A stretch of 64,000 nt of DNA from Octopus vulgaris (taxonomy: Eukaryota), in contig OX597822.1 of assembly GCA_951406725.2 (NCBI GenBank), positions 52,576,001 through 52,640,000 of the forward strand, read 5' to 3'. The position numbers and the translations under genes are program-made. This document shows, in pieces, positions 12,715 through 26,241 of this stretch. Below the pieces are notes generated by a model. That model was not told where the DNA came from and made no database searches. It worked only from the letters and a program-made list of their open reading frames with translations. The stretch's first letter is position 1, and each line of letters opens with the position of its first letter.

Positions 12715-13075
12715 TTTATTGTTATATTTCAGGATGGTCTTTTTTTTTTTTTCCAAATAAACACATGCAGTATATATATTCATTCTTCACTTCAGATTCT
12801 TTTTTTCTTTTCTTTTTTTTTTTTTTGTGAACTAAACAGACCAAGAGCAACACATGGGATGGAGAGTTGCTGAAGAGGTTACAGGACGTGTGACGAAAGA
12901 TTCCCAGACATAAGACATAAAATAAGAACAATAATAAAATTTTTTAAATAAATCTGAAGTGAAGAACAAATATGTAGTGCATGTGTTTATTTGGCAAGAA
13001 AAATAAAGACCATCCTGAAATATAACAATATCTGTTTCAACACATGATTTCACATCAGCAATCTTGCAAAACAAA
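12715..13075. mobile_element. Penelope-type short element with inverted flanks and central hammerhead motif
   Basis: Inverted segments about 12720-12800 and 12950-13030; CTGAAGA-G-GTTACA/TGTGAC-GAAA at 12870-12898; relative at 55510-55822. Confidence 0.6.
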
Positions 13076-14719
13076 TTCATAAACATAAATAAATATATAT
13101 ATATATATATATGGCTGAAGAAGGGGAATGTTCCTTGTGATGTATGTCTTGTACTCTATTTTTTCGTTGTTTAAGAAAAATGTCCATTTCCTTGGTTTTG
13201 TTTTTATGTTTTCGTTTCTCATTCAGTTCGACATTTTTTGGGTGTCCTGTACCCATATATGCATGTATATATACATATAGATGTAGGTACATATATACAT
13301 ATATGTATGTATATATGCATATGTTTTATTTATTATTTTGTTATTATATATATATATATACACATACACATACATACATACATATATACATACGTACTTA
13401 CATACATACACACATATATATACATATCTACTTTTATATTTCTCTATATAAGCATTCATATATTTACACATCATGCATATGCATTCACACCAAATTCGTA
13501 CTTATCGATACACACACACACATGCACACACATACATACACACACAAACATGCACACACACACATGCACATACACATGCACACATATATATACACATACA
13601 AGCACACACACACATACACACATATAGCCAGAGCACGTAAAAGCATCCACTACACTCTTGGAGTGGTTGGCATTAGGAAGGGCATCCAGCTGTAGAAACT
13701 CTGCCAGATCAGATTGGAGTCTGGTGCAGCCATCTGGTTCGCCAACCCATGCTAGCATGGAAAGCAGACGTTAAACGATGATGATGATGATGATCTTTAT
13801 AGTTATCTAAAATATAAAGAGATATAATCCAAATGATTGAAATCAAGCATTAACTGAAGGATTATCATCATCATCACCATTGTTTAACGTCTGCCTTCCA
13901 CCCAACCTGGCACAGGTTAGAGAGTTTGACAGGAGCTGGTCAGGCAGAAGACTGCACCAGACTTCTGTGTCTGTTTTGGCATGGTTTTTATAGCTGGATG
14001 CCCTTCCTGTTACCCACCACCCAGTAGCATGGACCGAGTGTTTTTTATGTGACACAAGCACAGGTGAAGTCAGTTTGGCATGATTTTTACAGCCGGATGC
14101 CCTTCCAAATGCCAAACACTTTACATTGTGGACTGGATGTTTTTTGCTTGGCACCAACACTGGTAGGGTCACCAAGTAACTTGCAAGACAAAGATCCTAA
14201 TAAATCACAGACATAGAGTTTCGAAACTATATACTGGACTATCATATATTTCACTATTTATGGAATAAAGATGTAGTGGACTACTACAATGCCTCATATG
14301 TTTAGCTACATTAGAGGATATGGATGAAAAAATGTTATAGAAAGTTGTCTGAAAGGTATGCCTTCCTAAAAAAATGTTTCTAAGGCCATATAAGCATTGC
14401 ATTCTCATAAGTTCATGGATCTTATTAAAGATATTACCTGGACTTTTAAGAATTTCCTCTTATTCTGTGCAGCAAAAAGTGCACTCATACCTATTATTTG
14501 AGTATGATAATGCATATTTTATTATGATCCAGGTAATTTAGAATTTAATTTTTTTTTTGTCTTTATATTATTGCTTGATGTCATATTATTTATATCTCTT
14601 GCATTTTATATAATCTTTATATTTTATATAACTATAAAGATGCAAGGCTGCGTGTGTGTATGTATGACTGGCTATGTGGGCATGTGTGAGTGCACACGTG
14701 TGTGTATATATATATATAA

Positions 14720-14756
<37 letters not shown>

Positions 14757-15073
14757 ATATTAGGGAATAAATCCAAACTTACAGGGAAAAATCAGATTTA
14801 GGATTAAATCCAATTTTATAGTATAAATATATTATATTGTTTGGCATCCTTTCTGTCTCGGGAGACAATGGAGTTGCGCATTTTTTTTTTTTTTTTTTTT
14901 TTTTGTCACTACTCTCCTCAATAGAACCACCATATTATATTATATTATATTAAATTAGAGATGAAACCACTATTAGGCAAATCAAACAATGAAAAACAAG
15001 CCAATACATAAAATTAATTAATTTATATTATTTTAAATATATATCAAAAGTATTAAAAGTTTAATAAAAGATA

Positions 15074-15122
<49 letters not shown>

Positions 15123-15238
15123 CAGATGCAGCACGAATTTTTGTCAGTGGACAGGTAGCATCTTAAAGCGCCGAAAATATTTTGACAAATTAAACTTAAA
15201 TGTTGAAGTGAATCGAACGGCTTTTGTGTGTTTCTTAA

Positions 15239-15460
15239 CCCTTTGGTGTTTAAGCCAGCCATATCCGGCCCAAATATCCTACATGTTTTTACATTCAAAC
15301 TGGCCATATTTAGCCTCTCACACCTAACCTACATTGACATTCTAAGAATAAACTATCATACCATTGAAACTTCAAAGCTATAAGATAATGTATGATTAAT
15401 TCAAAACAATTTGAGTGAAAAAAGTCTTACATTTAACAGAGTAATCTGAACACTAAAGGG
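15239..15460. mobile_element. piggyBac-type MITE
   Basis: TTAA|CCCTTT...AAAGGG|TTAA; relatives at 42329-42549, about 20705-20920 and 34708-34920; a distinct type at 42865-43084. Confidence 0.85.
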
Positions 15461-15558
15461 TTAAATGGCTTACAAACACCTTCCATGCTGCAATTGTTTT
15501 CGTTTCAGCACACGATCTCAGATCAAATCACTTGCTATGCAAGTACATCTCCGTAATA

Positions 15559-15589
<31 letters not shown>

Positions 15590-15998
15590 TATATATCAGG
15601 CATGTGCTGCCTGTAATTACTCACAGTAGGCAGTTGGTAAACCTTATGTAGGAAAACACAAAAAAAATAAGTCAAATATAGACCTGCGACTGAGTTGGAG
15701 GCAGATTTACTTCTGCCTTTATAGCACATAAAGAAAACATTGTTGTAGGAATGTATGCAGCACATGTACTACAGCAGTACTATGTATAGCTTAAATACTG
15801 AGATTGAAAAGCAGGTGTGAATTATGTCTCCTTAATCTACAAAAAAATCAAATATTTTACATTTTATGCATAGTAATCAGAGCATCCTTCATGATTTTAT
15901 TGAATTATATGCATATTTTGCCATAAAAGGAAAATGCTGCTATTGATCTATTTTATTCAAGGTAGGCACTGACTACCTTGCCTACCTAGGTGGCACGT

Positions 15999-16030
<32 letters not shown>

Positions 16031-16033
<3 letters not shown>

Positions 16034-16901
16034 GGTCTGATCAATAAGTATCTAGACTGTTGCCATAGTAACAAAGCCAAAGCATGCGAAATGAAGCCGC
16101 TTGGCAAAGATTGACCTTGGACTCTGATGTACATGCTGCTGGGGGGAAAAACCCATGCTACCATGGAACAATGGATATTTTAACATTCTAAACTTTTGCT
16201 GTTTACAGCAGTACTTGGAAGGAAGGTGTGTAGCATGTGATCATCACATTGACCATGACATAGAAAGCTGTCATGGCAATACCTGCTCAGAGGCCTACAT
16301 AAAGTCACAGAAAGTGTGTAGAGAGGAGTGTATGAGCTGCACACAAGTGTACGATTGGTCCAGATGTTTCCAAGATGGCCCAAAAAATGTTAATAGTGAC
16401 AAACGTTCTGGGAGACTTGCAGCCAGCAGATGTGCATGCTGCTGGGAGGAGAAATCTCTGAATCACCGTCCATGAGTTATCAGAGGCTGTGCAGATTCAT
16501 TACAGTTCAGTTCAGTCCATTTACGAGATGCGTGTCTGTCAAGTTTGTGCCAAGACTGCTTTCAGCTGATCAAAATGACATTCGAGTTTCAAGGTGCACA
16601 AGATCTCTTTGATTGTGTCAAGAACAAAATCTTTTTGAAAACTTTGCACAGGCCTCTGAGCAGGTATTGCCAAAATTTGATGCAGATTCTCTGCTCAACT
16701 TTGTTGTGGTCAAAGCAACAATCACACACTACACACCTTCCTTCCAAGCACTGCTGTAAACACTGGAAGTGAGCCAGAACTTTAAAACTTAGTGCACATG
16801 CACAGCAGAGTTCAAGGTCAATCTGTGCCAAGTGGCTTCACCCTGCATGTATTAGCTTCATTACTATGGTAACGGTCTGGATAGTTATTGGTCAGACCAT
16901 G
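16031..16901. mobile_element. Mariner-derived non-autonomous element with long inverted ends
   Basis: TA-flanked; CAAGGTCTGATCAATAAG / GTTATTGGTCAGACCATG; HTH remnants (TQVYDWSRCFQDG..DKRSGR; EQRICIKF). Confidence 0.8.
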
Positions 16902-17204
16902 TATATATATGTGTGTGTGTGTGTATATATATATATAATTATATTTCAGTGGGTGTTGGGGTGTGTGTCATCATCATCATCTTTTAATGTCCTATCTTCC
17001 ATGCATGCATAGGTAGAACGGTTGACAGGAGCCAGCCAGGGAGAATTCTACCCCAAGATATATAAAAATGTACATGTGAAAGCACAAGCATGGTGTATAA
17101 ATATACAAATGCTTATATAGAAAAATGTGTGTATGTATAAATATATATATATACATGGAAAATGGGTGTTGAATGATAATGATTATGATGATATATATAT
17201 ATAC

Positions 17205-19082
17205 CATCATCACCATCATCATTTAACACCCATTTTCCATGCTGGCATGGGTTAGACAATTTGACTGGAACTGATTAGCTGAAGAGCTGCATCAGGTTCT
17301 AATGTGATTTGACATGGTTTCTATGACTGGATGCGCTTCCTAATGCCGACCAACCAGAGATGGTAACAGCTGATTTTCCATGACACTGGCATGGGTGCCA
17401 GTGGCATGACACTAGTATCTGCCACAACTATGATTTCACATGGTTCAGTGAGTCTTCTACTCAAGCACAGCATATTGCTAAAGGTCTCAACCGTTTGTCA
17501 TTGCGTCCGTGAGGCCCAATGCTCAAAAGGTGCTTTTTGTGAGCCACTGGCAGAGGTGCTAGTTACATGACACCAGCATCAGCCACAACTACAATTTCAC
17601 TTGGCTTGACAGGTCTTCTCAAGCACGGCATATCGCCAAAGGTCTTGGTCACTAGTCATTGCCTCTGTGAGGCCCAACATTCAAGGATCATGCTTCACCA
17701 CCTCGTCCCTCATCGTCCTTTGTCCACCTCTTTCACAGGTTCCCTCCACAGTTAGAGATTGGCACTTCTTTACACATCTTATGGAAATTATTTCTATGCC
17801 TTTCCTACAGATTAAGCAGAACCATCTTCCAGAAGACATTTGTGATTTGTCTGCTTTCTTGCTTACTAAGACTTTGGTGTTTGCTAGGTTAATTCTAAGG
17901 CCCTTCAATTCTAGACCTTGTTTCCACACCTGAAATTTCTTCTCTAGTGATACAGCCATAAGAACAAGATCATCAGCATAGAGGAGCTCCCAGGGTCAGC
18001 CCATCTTAAATTCCTCTATTATTGCCTGGAGAACAGTGATGAACAAGAGGGAGCTGAGGACTGATCTTTGGTGAACCCCTATGTGTACCCAGAATTCATC
18101 ACTATACACATTGCCAACCCTCACCTTACTGACTGCATCCCTGTACATGGCTTGTACGGCTCTCACCAACCACTCGTCTATCCCTAGTTTCTTCATTGAC
18201 CACCAGATAAGAGATCAGGATCTCTGTCAAAGGCTTTCTCCATTTCAACAAAAGCCAAGTACAGAGGCTTATCTTTGGTTTGGTACTTCTCCTGCAGCTG
18301 CCTTACCAGAAATATAGCATCAGTGGTGCTTTTGCCTGGCACAAAACTGCATCTCGCCTAGACTACTCTCTCCCTAATTAGTTGGGCTATGATCCTCTCC
18401 ATGACTTTCATCACCTGATCCAACAATTTGATGCCTATGTAGTTATTTCTATCTAAGGCATCACCTTTATCTTTGTAGCAGTTGACTATGATGCTACTAC
18501 ACCAGTCATTAGGTGTGACTCTTTTGTGTACCACTGATTAACTATACAGGTGACTAAACCATAACCTACACAGCCAGATATTTTAAACATCTCAGCAGTT
18601 ATTCCTGATGGTTTGGGGTTTTTCCCCATCTTCATATCCTGTATGGCTTTGTCTACAATGCCACTGTCTATTCAGATTGCTGATCCCTCTGTTGGATCCA
18701 CAGTAAGCAAACTCTCATTCTCCCATGAGTTCTCTACATTTAGTAGCCTTCCATAGTGGCACCTCCAGGCCTGTTTCTTTGCAGAGTCACTAACTGCAAG
18801 TGAACCATCATCCATGCAAATACACTTCTCTCCTACATGCCATTTTTCCCTGGCACACTGTCTTGCAAACCAAAGCACTTCAAGCCACTGGTACTCACAC
18901 TGCAAAACATTGGCAAACTTCTTCCTTTCTGCTTCATCCCTGGCTAAGTATACCTGCTTCCTAGCTTCCCTTCTAGCTGTCTGATATAGCTCCATGCTAC
19001 CACCACCCTTCTAGTCCTTCCAAACCTGTTTCTTTGCTCTAATGGCCCTGTCAACTACATTATTCCACCACCATGTCATCCT
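17205..19082 (-). mobile_element. RTE-clade LINE, decayed reverse-transcriptase region
   Basis: LGIDEWLVRAVQAMY...GVHQRSVLSSLLF...PWELLYADDL; further fragments at 21590-22230(+) and 31185-32265(-). Confidence 0.88.
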
Positions 19083-19312
19083 AGGTGTGTGTGTGTATGA
19101 GGATAATTATATAACTTCGTTAAACCGAAAAGTAATTTCATTAAACCAAAGGATAATTCATTATATATGTGTATATTTTATACTATTGGGTTTTACCATT
19201 GGGTGCCCTGATGTTTTGATATATATTTATATTCGATTTATGATAATATAGGAATCGTATAAAGTTGTTTTGGCCAATTAGAGCATTTATTCATTATACC
19301 TTTCAACTTATA

Positions 19313-19350
<38 letters not shown>

Positions 19351-19388
19351 TATAAGTTGAAAGGTATAACGAATAAATGCTCTAATAA

Positions 19389-19436
<48 letters not shown>

Positions 19437-19880
19437 TATACATATATGTCAAACCCATCCCAGCATGGAAAATAGACATTAAATGATGATAATGGTGTCT
19501 GTGTATATATATATAGAATATAAATTAGAGATAAAACCACTATTATGCAATTCAAACAATGATAGACATAAACCAAAACATAAATAACAAATAAAATATT
19601 TTTTTATAAAACATATAACTAGATCACAAAAAGTATAAAAATGAATAATCAATATATAATAAGTAAAAAAAACTATGTACGTTTCATGGCTATAATTAAA
19701 TTCAAAAGTGGTGGTGGTGGTAGTGGTCATTGTTGTCATGGTGGTTTACTAAACAACATTAGCCAATCATATCACTGTAAATGTTACACCAAACAATAAT
19801 TTAACTGTTCATTTGTTGTTGTTGTTTTTTTGTTTTGTTTTTTTTTTGTTAAACTTTTTTTCTTTCTTATTCCTTGTTAG

Positions 19881-20053
19881 GAATCGTCACAGGTGTCTGC
19901 TGCAAAGGACCTTTTTGGAGGATGTCTCACTCTGGATTTGATCACTGAACGTTTTGGTTCAGTAAACAACGAATTACAGGAACTGAATTTACCCAATTCT
20001 AATATACGTACAGTAGTGCTTGGCTTTGCTGATACCCTATATAACCTGACCAG
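19881..20053 (+). CDS. LRRC9: LRRC9 exon 8
   Basis: AAKDLFGGCLTLDLITERF...LQELNLPNSNIRTV, characteristic of LRRC9 (SAKDLFGGRLTSDMIAER); ends in phase 2. Confidence 0.95.
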
Positions 20054-22857
20054 GTGACCTCTTCACCATACACACATGCACACACACACAAACACACACA
20101 CACACGAAATTCTTCACTTGATGCTAAAATTCTTTTACCATATTCTATTCTGTTTATCATTATCAACATCATCATAATTGCTATCATCTCCTTCACATTT
20201 ATCATCATTATCATCACAATCATCATCACCTTATCACAAACAGCATCACTTTCAATACTACCACCACGCACACACACACATACACACACACACGAGGTTG
20301 TGGTTTTGTTCCATTTGATGGATTCCATAGCATATATGGAAACTAAGGCTTGGTTTTAGTCCTAGAAGTATGAGAGAACAAGGCTTGGGAGTTCTGCAAT
20401 GCAAATGATTTACTACTTTGATTTCAAGAAACCATCAAGTCACCTGATCACCTATCAATCTGGTGGCCACACAAGCTTGATAATATTCTCATTAGTAAAC
20501 AGGATTGACAGATAATTGTAAATGTGAAGTCCTTCCCTCTTGAAGAATTTACACCCCCAAAATAGGTTAGTGGTTAGCAACTTCAGACTTAGAACTAAGA
20601 GGACTCAGAGACACAAAACAAAAACCAGTCTAAACAAAGGAAGTTATGGGAGCTTAAAGATCCAGTGAATAGTGAGAAATTTAGACAAGTACTTGTTGAA
20701 ACATAGCATTTAAACCGGCCATATCCTGCCAAAAGTATTCTGCCTGTTTTATGTTCAAACTGGACATATCTGGTCTCTCACACCAACCCTACAATATCAT
20801 TTTAAAAATTAACAGCTACCTCATCAAAATTTCATAGCTACACGATAATGTGTGATTAGTTCAAAACAAGGTGGATAAAAAAGCATTCATTTTGGCAGAA
20901 TAATGCAAACACTAAAAGCTTAACAGGATGGTTGGTTGAAGAATTAAGCTGGTTTGTGTTCCAATATACTGTATGTATGTAGATAAAGGAAGAATGAGAA
21001 AACCAGGTAGGATTAAATGCAACAATTTATTCGACCTGTTAAAGAGCATTAACACGACAGAATTGTTGAAATACATTTTGACTGATATTGTCAGAAAATA
21101 TACATATTAGTTTCTCATGCAGTTGGTACTTGAATAGAACAAGAAAACAAATATGTAACATGGCTTCTGCTAGAAGACAGGAACAGATTTAACATGTCAA
21201 GGTTACCTGAGGCTACCTGCAAAATAAACTTCCTCTCTGCTGAGATCTGAACTCAACCACCCATCCCACCTCACTGAAGAATAGCAGGAAAGGTTCCTCC
21301 TTATAAAGCTGATGGTAGGCTTCAGTGTACTAACATAGATTTGCCTGTGCTCAGCTGGTCTGTCATGTGATGGGATGAGAGCCTACATAAAGCCTAAAGA
21401 ACTGAATCGATGTATAACACATCACATGACCAGGTCATGTGACCACTTGTAAAAAAACCAGTGTAATGAGCCAAAATGAGGGTATTTAAGCCTAATCGGT
21501 TGAATGATAATCATGTCTCTGCTACACAGTGGTTAATGTGGAGAAACAGATGTATAACATAGTGAACAGCTTGAAGTTCCTGTGGGACAACCTACTGAGG
21601 GTTACAGATCAAATTTGTGGCTGGTGCAGTTCCAGCCAGAATAAATGTGACTTGGTGATGGAACAGTGAAGTAGACAGAGCCATAAAAACAAAGAGATAA
21701 GTTTGGAAATACTGAAAGATGGGGGCAGCAGAGAATTCTATCAGACTGCTAGAAGAGAAAATAGGTGACCAAAGGGAAAAGCAGAAAGGAAGAGGTTTGT
21801 TACTGTACAGCATGAGGATCGGAGACATGACATGTTCAGGATTGCATGACAGGACAGAGAATCAGAGAACCAAGATGTTGTGGGAGAGACGTATGAACAA
21901 ATGAATAAAGGTAGGCTTGCACTTAGTGATTCTGTAAAAGAAAGAGGCATTGAAGTGGTACTATGAAGGGTTATTAAACACAGAGAATGTATGGGTGCAA
22001 AACAGTTTTCCCAATGTGAACCTAACAGAGGAACCGGCCATTGTAGTAGACAGCAGTATGTTAAATAAAGCAATTAAGGATATAAAGGCAGAGAAAGCCC
22101 CTAATTCCATCAGGAATTACTGTTGGAATGGTTAAAATATCTGGCAGAGTAGGATAAAGTTTAATCATAGTGTTGATCAGATTGTACAAGAAGTTGTTAT
22201 ACCCAACAACTGGCATAGCAGCATATTCCCAAACTGGATGTTGAATTGTATTCTTCAACAAAGCACTTCATTTCACATTGCTCTGCGATCATTTCATCAT
22301 CTGACCTGTGGCAGGTCGTGCACCTGTACCCATAATGTCAATTTCATGAAGGGAGTGAGCTTGTGTGAACCCAAACATTTGATCGTCATAAGACAAATCA
22401 TCTGTGAGGTTGTTCAGCAAGAAATTTCAGAACCCTCAATTGTTGTCCTATGACAGGAGAGCCCATGATGATATATAATATAACTTTATTTTTTATCTTT
22501 TACTTCTTTCCATAATTTGACTGCCTTGAAGGAGTTTAGTCAAACAAATTGACCCGGGGACTGTTTTAAGCCTAGTACTTATTCTATCATCCTCTTTTGC
22601 TGAACTGCTAAGTTGCAGGGATGTAAGCACACCAACACCTGTTGTCAAGCAGTGGAGGGGGACAAATACAGATATATACATATATATATATATATATATA
22701 CGCGATAGGCTTCTTTCAGTTTCCGTCTACAAAATCCACTCAACCCAATGCTATAATAGAAGACACTTGGCCAAGGTGTCATGCAGTGTAACTGAACCTG
22801 GAACACTATGGTTGGGAAGCAAGCTTCATACCACACAGCCATACATATATATATATT

Positions 22858-23168
22858 ACCATGATCACCGTGACCGACCAGACTATCAGATGTTGTTACA
22901 CATCGCTGGTCACAATGCACTTCGCATTGTTTTAACCTTCAAATGATGCCACCCGACTGGCTAAGCGAGCAGGCCAACAGAAGAAAGAGTGAGAGAAAGT
23001 TGTGGCGAAAGAGTACAGCAGGGATCACCAGCACCCCACTGCCAGAGCCTTGTGGAGCTTTTAGGTGTTTTCGCTCAATAAACACTCACAATGTCTGGTC
23101 TGGGAATCGAAACCATGATCCTACGACCGCGAGCCCACTGCCCTAACCACTAGGCCATTGTGCCTCCA
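22858..23168 (-). mobile_element. tRNA-derived SINE, family C
   Basis: Head TGGCCTAGTGGTTAGGGCAG...GGTTTCGATTCCC; copies at 36075-36387, 45080-45268 and 49970-50313 (all minus strand). Confidence 0.8.
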
Positions 23169-23676
23169 CACACACACACATATATATATATAAAAGAACC
23201 ATTAATCTAAGTCTAGGAAATTTGTAAGCTTCGAGCAGTCTGTGGTAGGTATGAAAAACAATGCTTGGGAACAATAGTAATTTATTTTTAAGCTTTTCCC
23301 ATATTGAAGTTTGATAAGCTGAAAAAAAATTTTTATAGCTTATGGTTAGCAACTTGAGTTGCTATGAATGCAAATAAAAATCCAAATTGAAGGTACCTTT
23401 GGCCTGATGAGGAGGTAGCTCAGTACCCCTCATTGAGGAATTATTCCATCAGGGGATCTGCTTGCTAGGAAGCATATGTAGCCTGAATTTTAGCTGCTCC
23501 ACTCCCTCAATTTGGATATATATATATATTTCTTTTACTTATTTCAGTCATTTGACTGCAGCCATGCTGGAGCACTGCCTTTAGTTGAACAAATCAACCC
23601 CAGGACTTACTTTTTGTAAGCCTAGTATTTATTCTATCAGTCTCTTTTGCCAAACCACTAAGTTACAGAGATGTAA

Positions 23677-23715
<39 letters not shown>

Positions 23716-24245
23716 CAGTGTACATTTAAAAACATAAGAGGTAGCCATCATAGGACTACCTGCATGCTAGAGAGGACAGTTAAATTACAAACCACTATTA
23801 GGGATAAAATATCAAAGGGAATGAAAAATAAAAACATTTACCATCTAACTCCTGGACCAATGGTTCCAGACTTTTTTTTAGCAAATAAAATAATTTGCTA
23901 GGTGAAGTCTTCTTCAGCAGGTACACCTTATTATATATATATATATGATGGGCTTCTTTCAGTTTCTGTCTACCAAATCCACTCACAAAGCTTTGGTTGG
24001 CTCAGGGCTATGACAGAAGATTCTTGTCCAAGATGTCACACCCTGGGACTGAACCTGAAATCATGTGGCTGGAAAGTAAACTTCTTAACCTCACAACCAT
24101 GCCTGCATTTATACATATGTATATACATGTGTGTGTGTGTCTGTGTCTACAAACATACACATGCACGCACACACACACACATACACACATATATACATAT
24201 ATATATAAACATAGTTATATATATAATTTTTTCTTTCTTCAACAG

Positions 24246-24309
24246 TATCAACCTTGAAAACAACTGCTTGACTTCTTTCTGCGGTCTAATATATTTAGAT
24301 AACCTGAAG
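24246..24309 (+). CDS. LRRC9: LRRC9 exon 9
   Basis: INLENNCLTSFCGLIYLDNLK; phase matches exon 8; GTAAGA donor. Confidence 0.93.
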
Positions 24310-24773
24310 GTAAGACAACAGTAAATTTGTTTATTAGAAACAGTAAATACATTTTTTGTTTGTACTGGCCCCAAAAGTCAACAAGGGAGCCTGGAACCTC
24401 TATGCAGTCCCACAAGCTTCTAGAAATAGCAGCCAAATCTATCACCAGTCACTCCTTACCATTTTAATAAGAAAGGATGCATTAAATAATATGGTCCTAG
24501 ATACACTCTAATAAAACTAAACCAGAAAGGGCACGGTTGGAATGTCTTTAATTATATATCTCTTCAAGTAGACATTACCTGGGAACATGCACAAATTTGA
24601 ACCATATAGAGAGTCTCTATCAATCTTCAAGAAATAGCAGCCAAAACTCTCAAGAAATAGCAGCCAAAACTCTCAAGAAATGGCTACCAAAATCAAACCC
24701 TACAAAAAGGAGAAGTTTACACTAGATAATGCAGTCCTTAATGCACATTGCTTGCAAAAAAAACAAAAAAGCA

Positions 24774-25309
24774 GAATTCTTGTCTAAGCATACTATATAA
24801 TCCCTCATAACTTTTTTATTTTTTGGAATTTTCAGAATTTTTTTTGCGAATTTGTGTTCATACAATTATGAAAAAAGAAATGTTTTTTTTAATTTTTTAA
24901 TCCCCACCCCCACCTTAAATCTTAAAATTTCCACTTTTTTTCAAATTTTGTTTTAAATCAGAGTGCAAAACATAAATAGTTCAATTTTTTTGCCTAAATC
25001 CCAGCAATGGATCACCCTTGGGTGGTACATCATCATTCCATTAAATGTGTTTATGGGGCAAAAAGATATTTAAAAACCCATCAATACATCTCAGATTGAC
25101 AAAAAAGGGAAGAAGATATCAGGTGGTCGTGAGATGTGCTAAAAACAACAACTAGATCGCCCTTAAATCACAGACAAAAAATACTTTTTTTTGTTTCATA
25201 ATTGTAAGAATTCCCATGTGTAGAAGATAAATTCACAAAAGCTTTCTGAAAATTCCCAAAATTAAAAAAATGTTATAGGGGGTTATATGGAGTGCTTAAA
25301 CCAGAATTC
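24774..25309. mobile_element. Unclassified MITE with long imperfect TIRs
   Basis: GAATTCTTGTCTAAGCAT... / ...GTGCTTAAACCAGAATTC; no TSD recognised. Confidence 0.6.
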
Positions 25310-25827
25310 CACCAAATAAATATTGGACAGGATAATCACAGATTGAATGTTATCAAGGTTATCCTGTGGTTATTATAATAACAACAGCAATAACATATTC
25401 AATACATAATTACTTGATCTGTTAGTAACAGCAGTCAAGTCTCTCACAAATCTCACCCATTTATTTCCCTTCTTGTTTTACATGAGGAAAAGTAGCCTAT
25501 ATGACCTTGCTCAAGGCCTCTGAGTTTGATGGAATGAAAGACGGAAGCTAGTATCAATTCAGAGGCTCTTTACTTATAGCAGAGTGGACTTTACTAAAGA
25601 TACCTTGGGTGGTGGTGATTTGGAATGGCTCACTGGACATTGAATCTGTTTTTGAATGGCTTTTTTTGGTGACAATACTCTTTGACACTGGAGACAAACA
25701 CACACAACATAAAAATATGCACAGACAAACAAACAGATACTCCAGTGTATTAATTGTACTTGACTGACATAAACACTCCTTCTCTCCTCATACTCAGAAA
25801 GAAACATATGCCTACTCAGAAAAGTTG

Positions 25828-26241
25828 GGATCTTTTCAGTTTGAACAGCAGTTTTTAACATAATTTCTAGGTAACTAAAAAATTTTAAACTTTGTATACT
25901 GGTAGAATGTGTTTATAAAACATCTTTTTCTCTTGGGTTTATTGAGAAAATTCTATAGTTTGTAAAATATTTGTTGTTTTTTTTTTTTTTTCAATTTCTG
26001 CAATTTCAACCAATCAGTGACGTCTATTGAGTTAAAAAGCATTCTGTGCCGTATGAATATGTTCCTCGTTTAAGAAACAGATTGAGTTTATTTACATTTG
26101 TGAAGAGAAAAAGATATCCTTCCCCTAACCCTAACCCTAAAAGAGATTGAAATGCAATAGATCGATTCTAGGGTCATAATTATGGGTGACAATTTCATAT
26201 GACATCGCTAGAAAAAACTGTCGTTCAAACCGAAAAGATCC
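25828..26241. mobile_element. GG..CC MITE with 8 bp TSD (Merlin-like), internal CCCTAA repeats
   Basis: TIR GGATCTTTTC(A/G)GTTTGAAC; TSD AAAAGTTG on both sides. Confidence 0.88.

Noticed and set aside
23404-23440. CTGATGA followed by a hairpin
   Set aside because: No GAAA after the stem, so the hammerhead core is incomplete.
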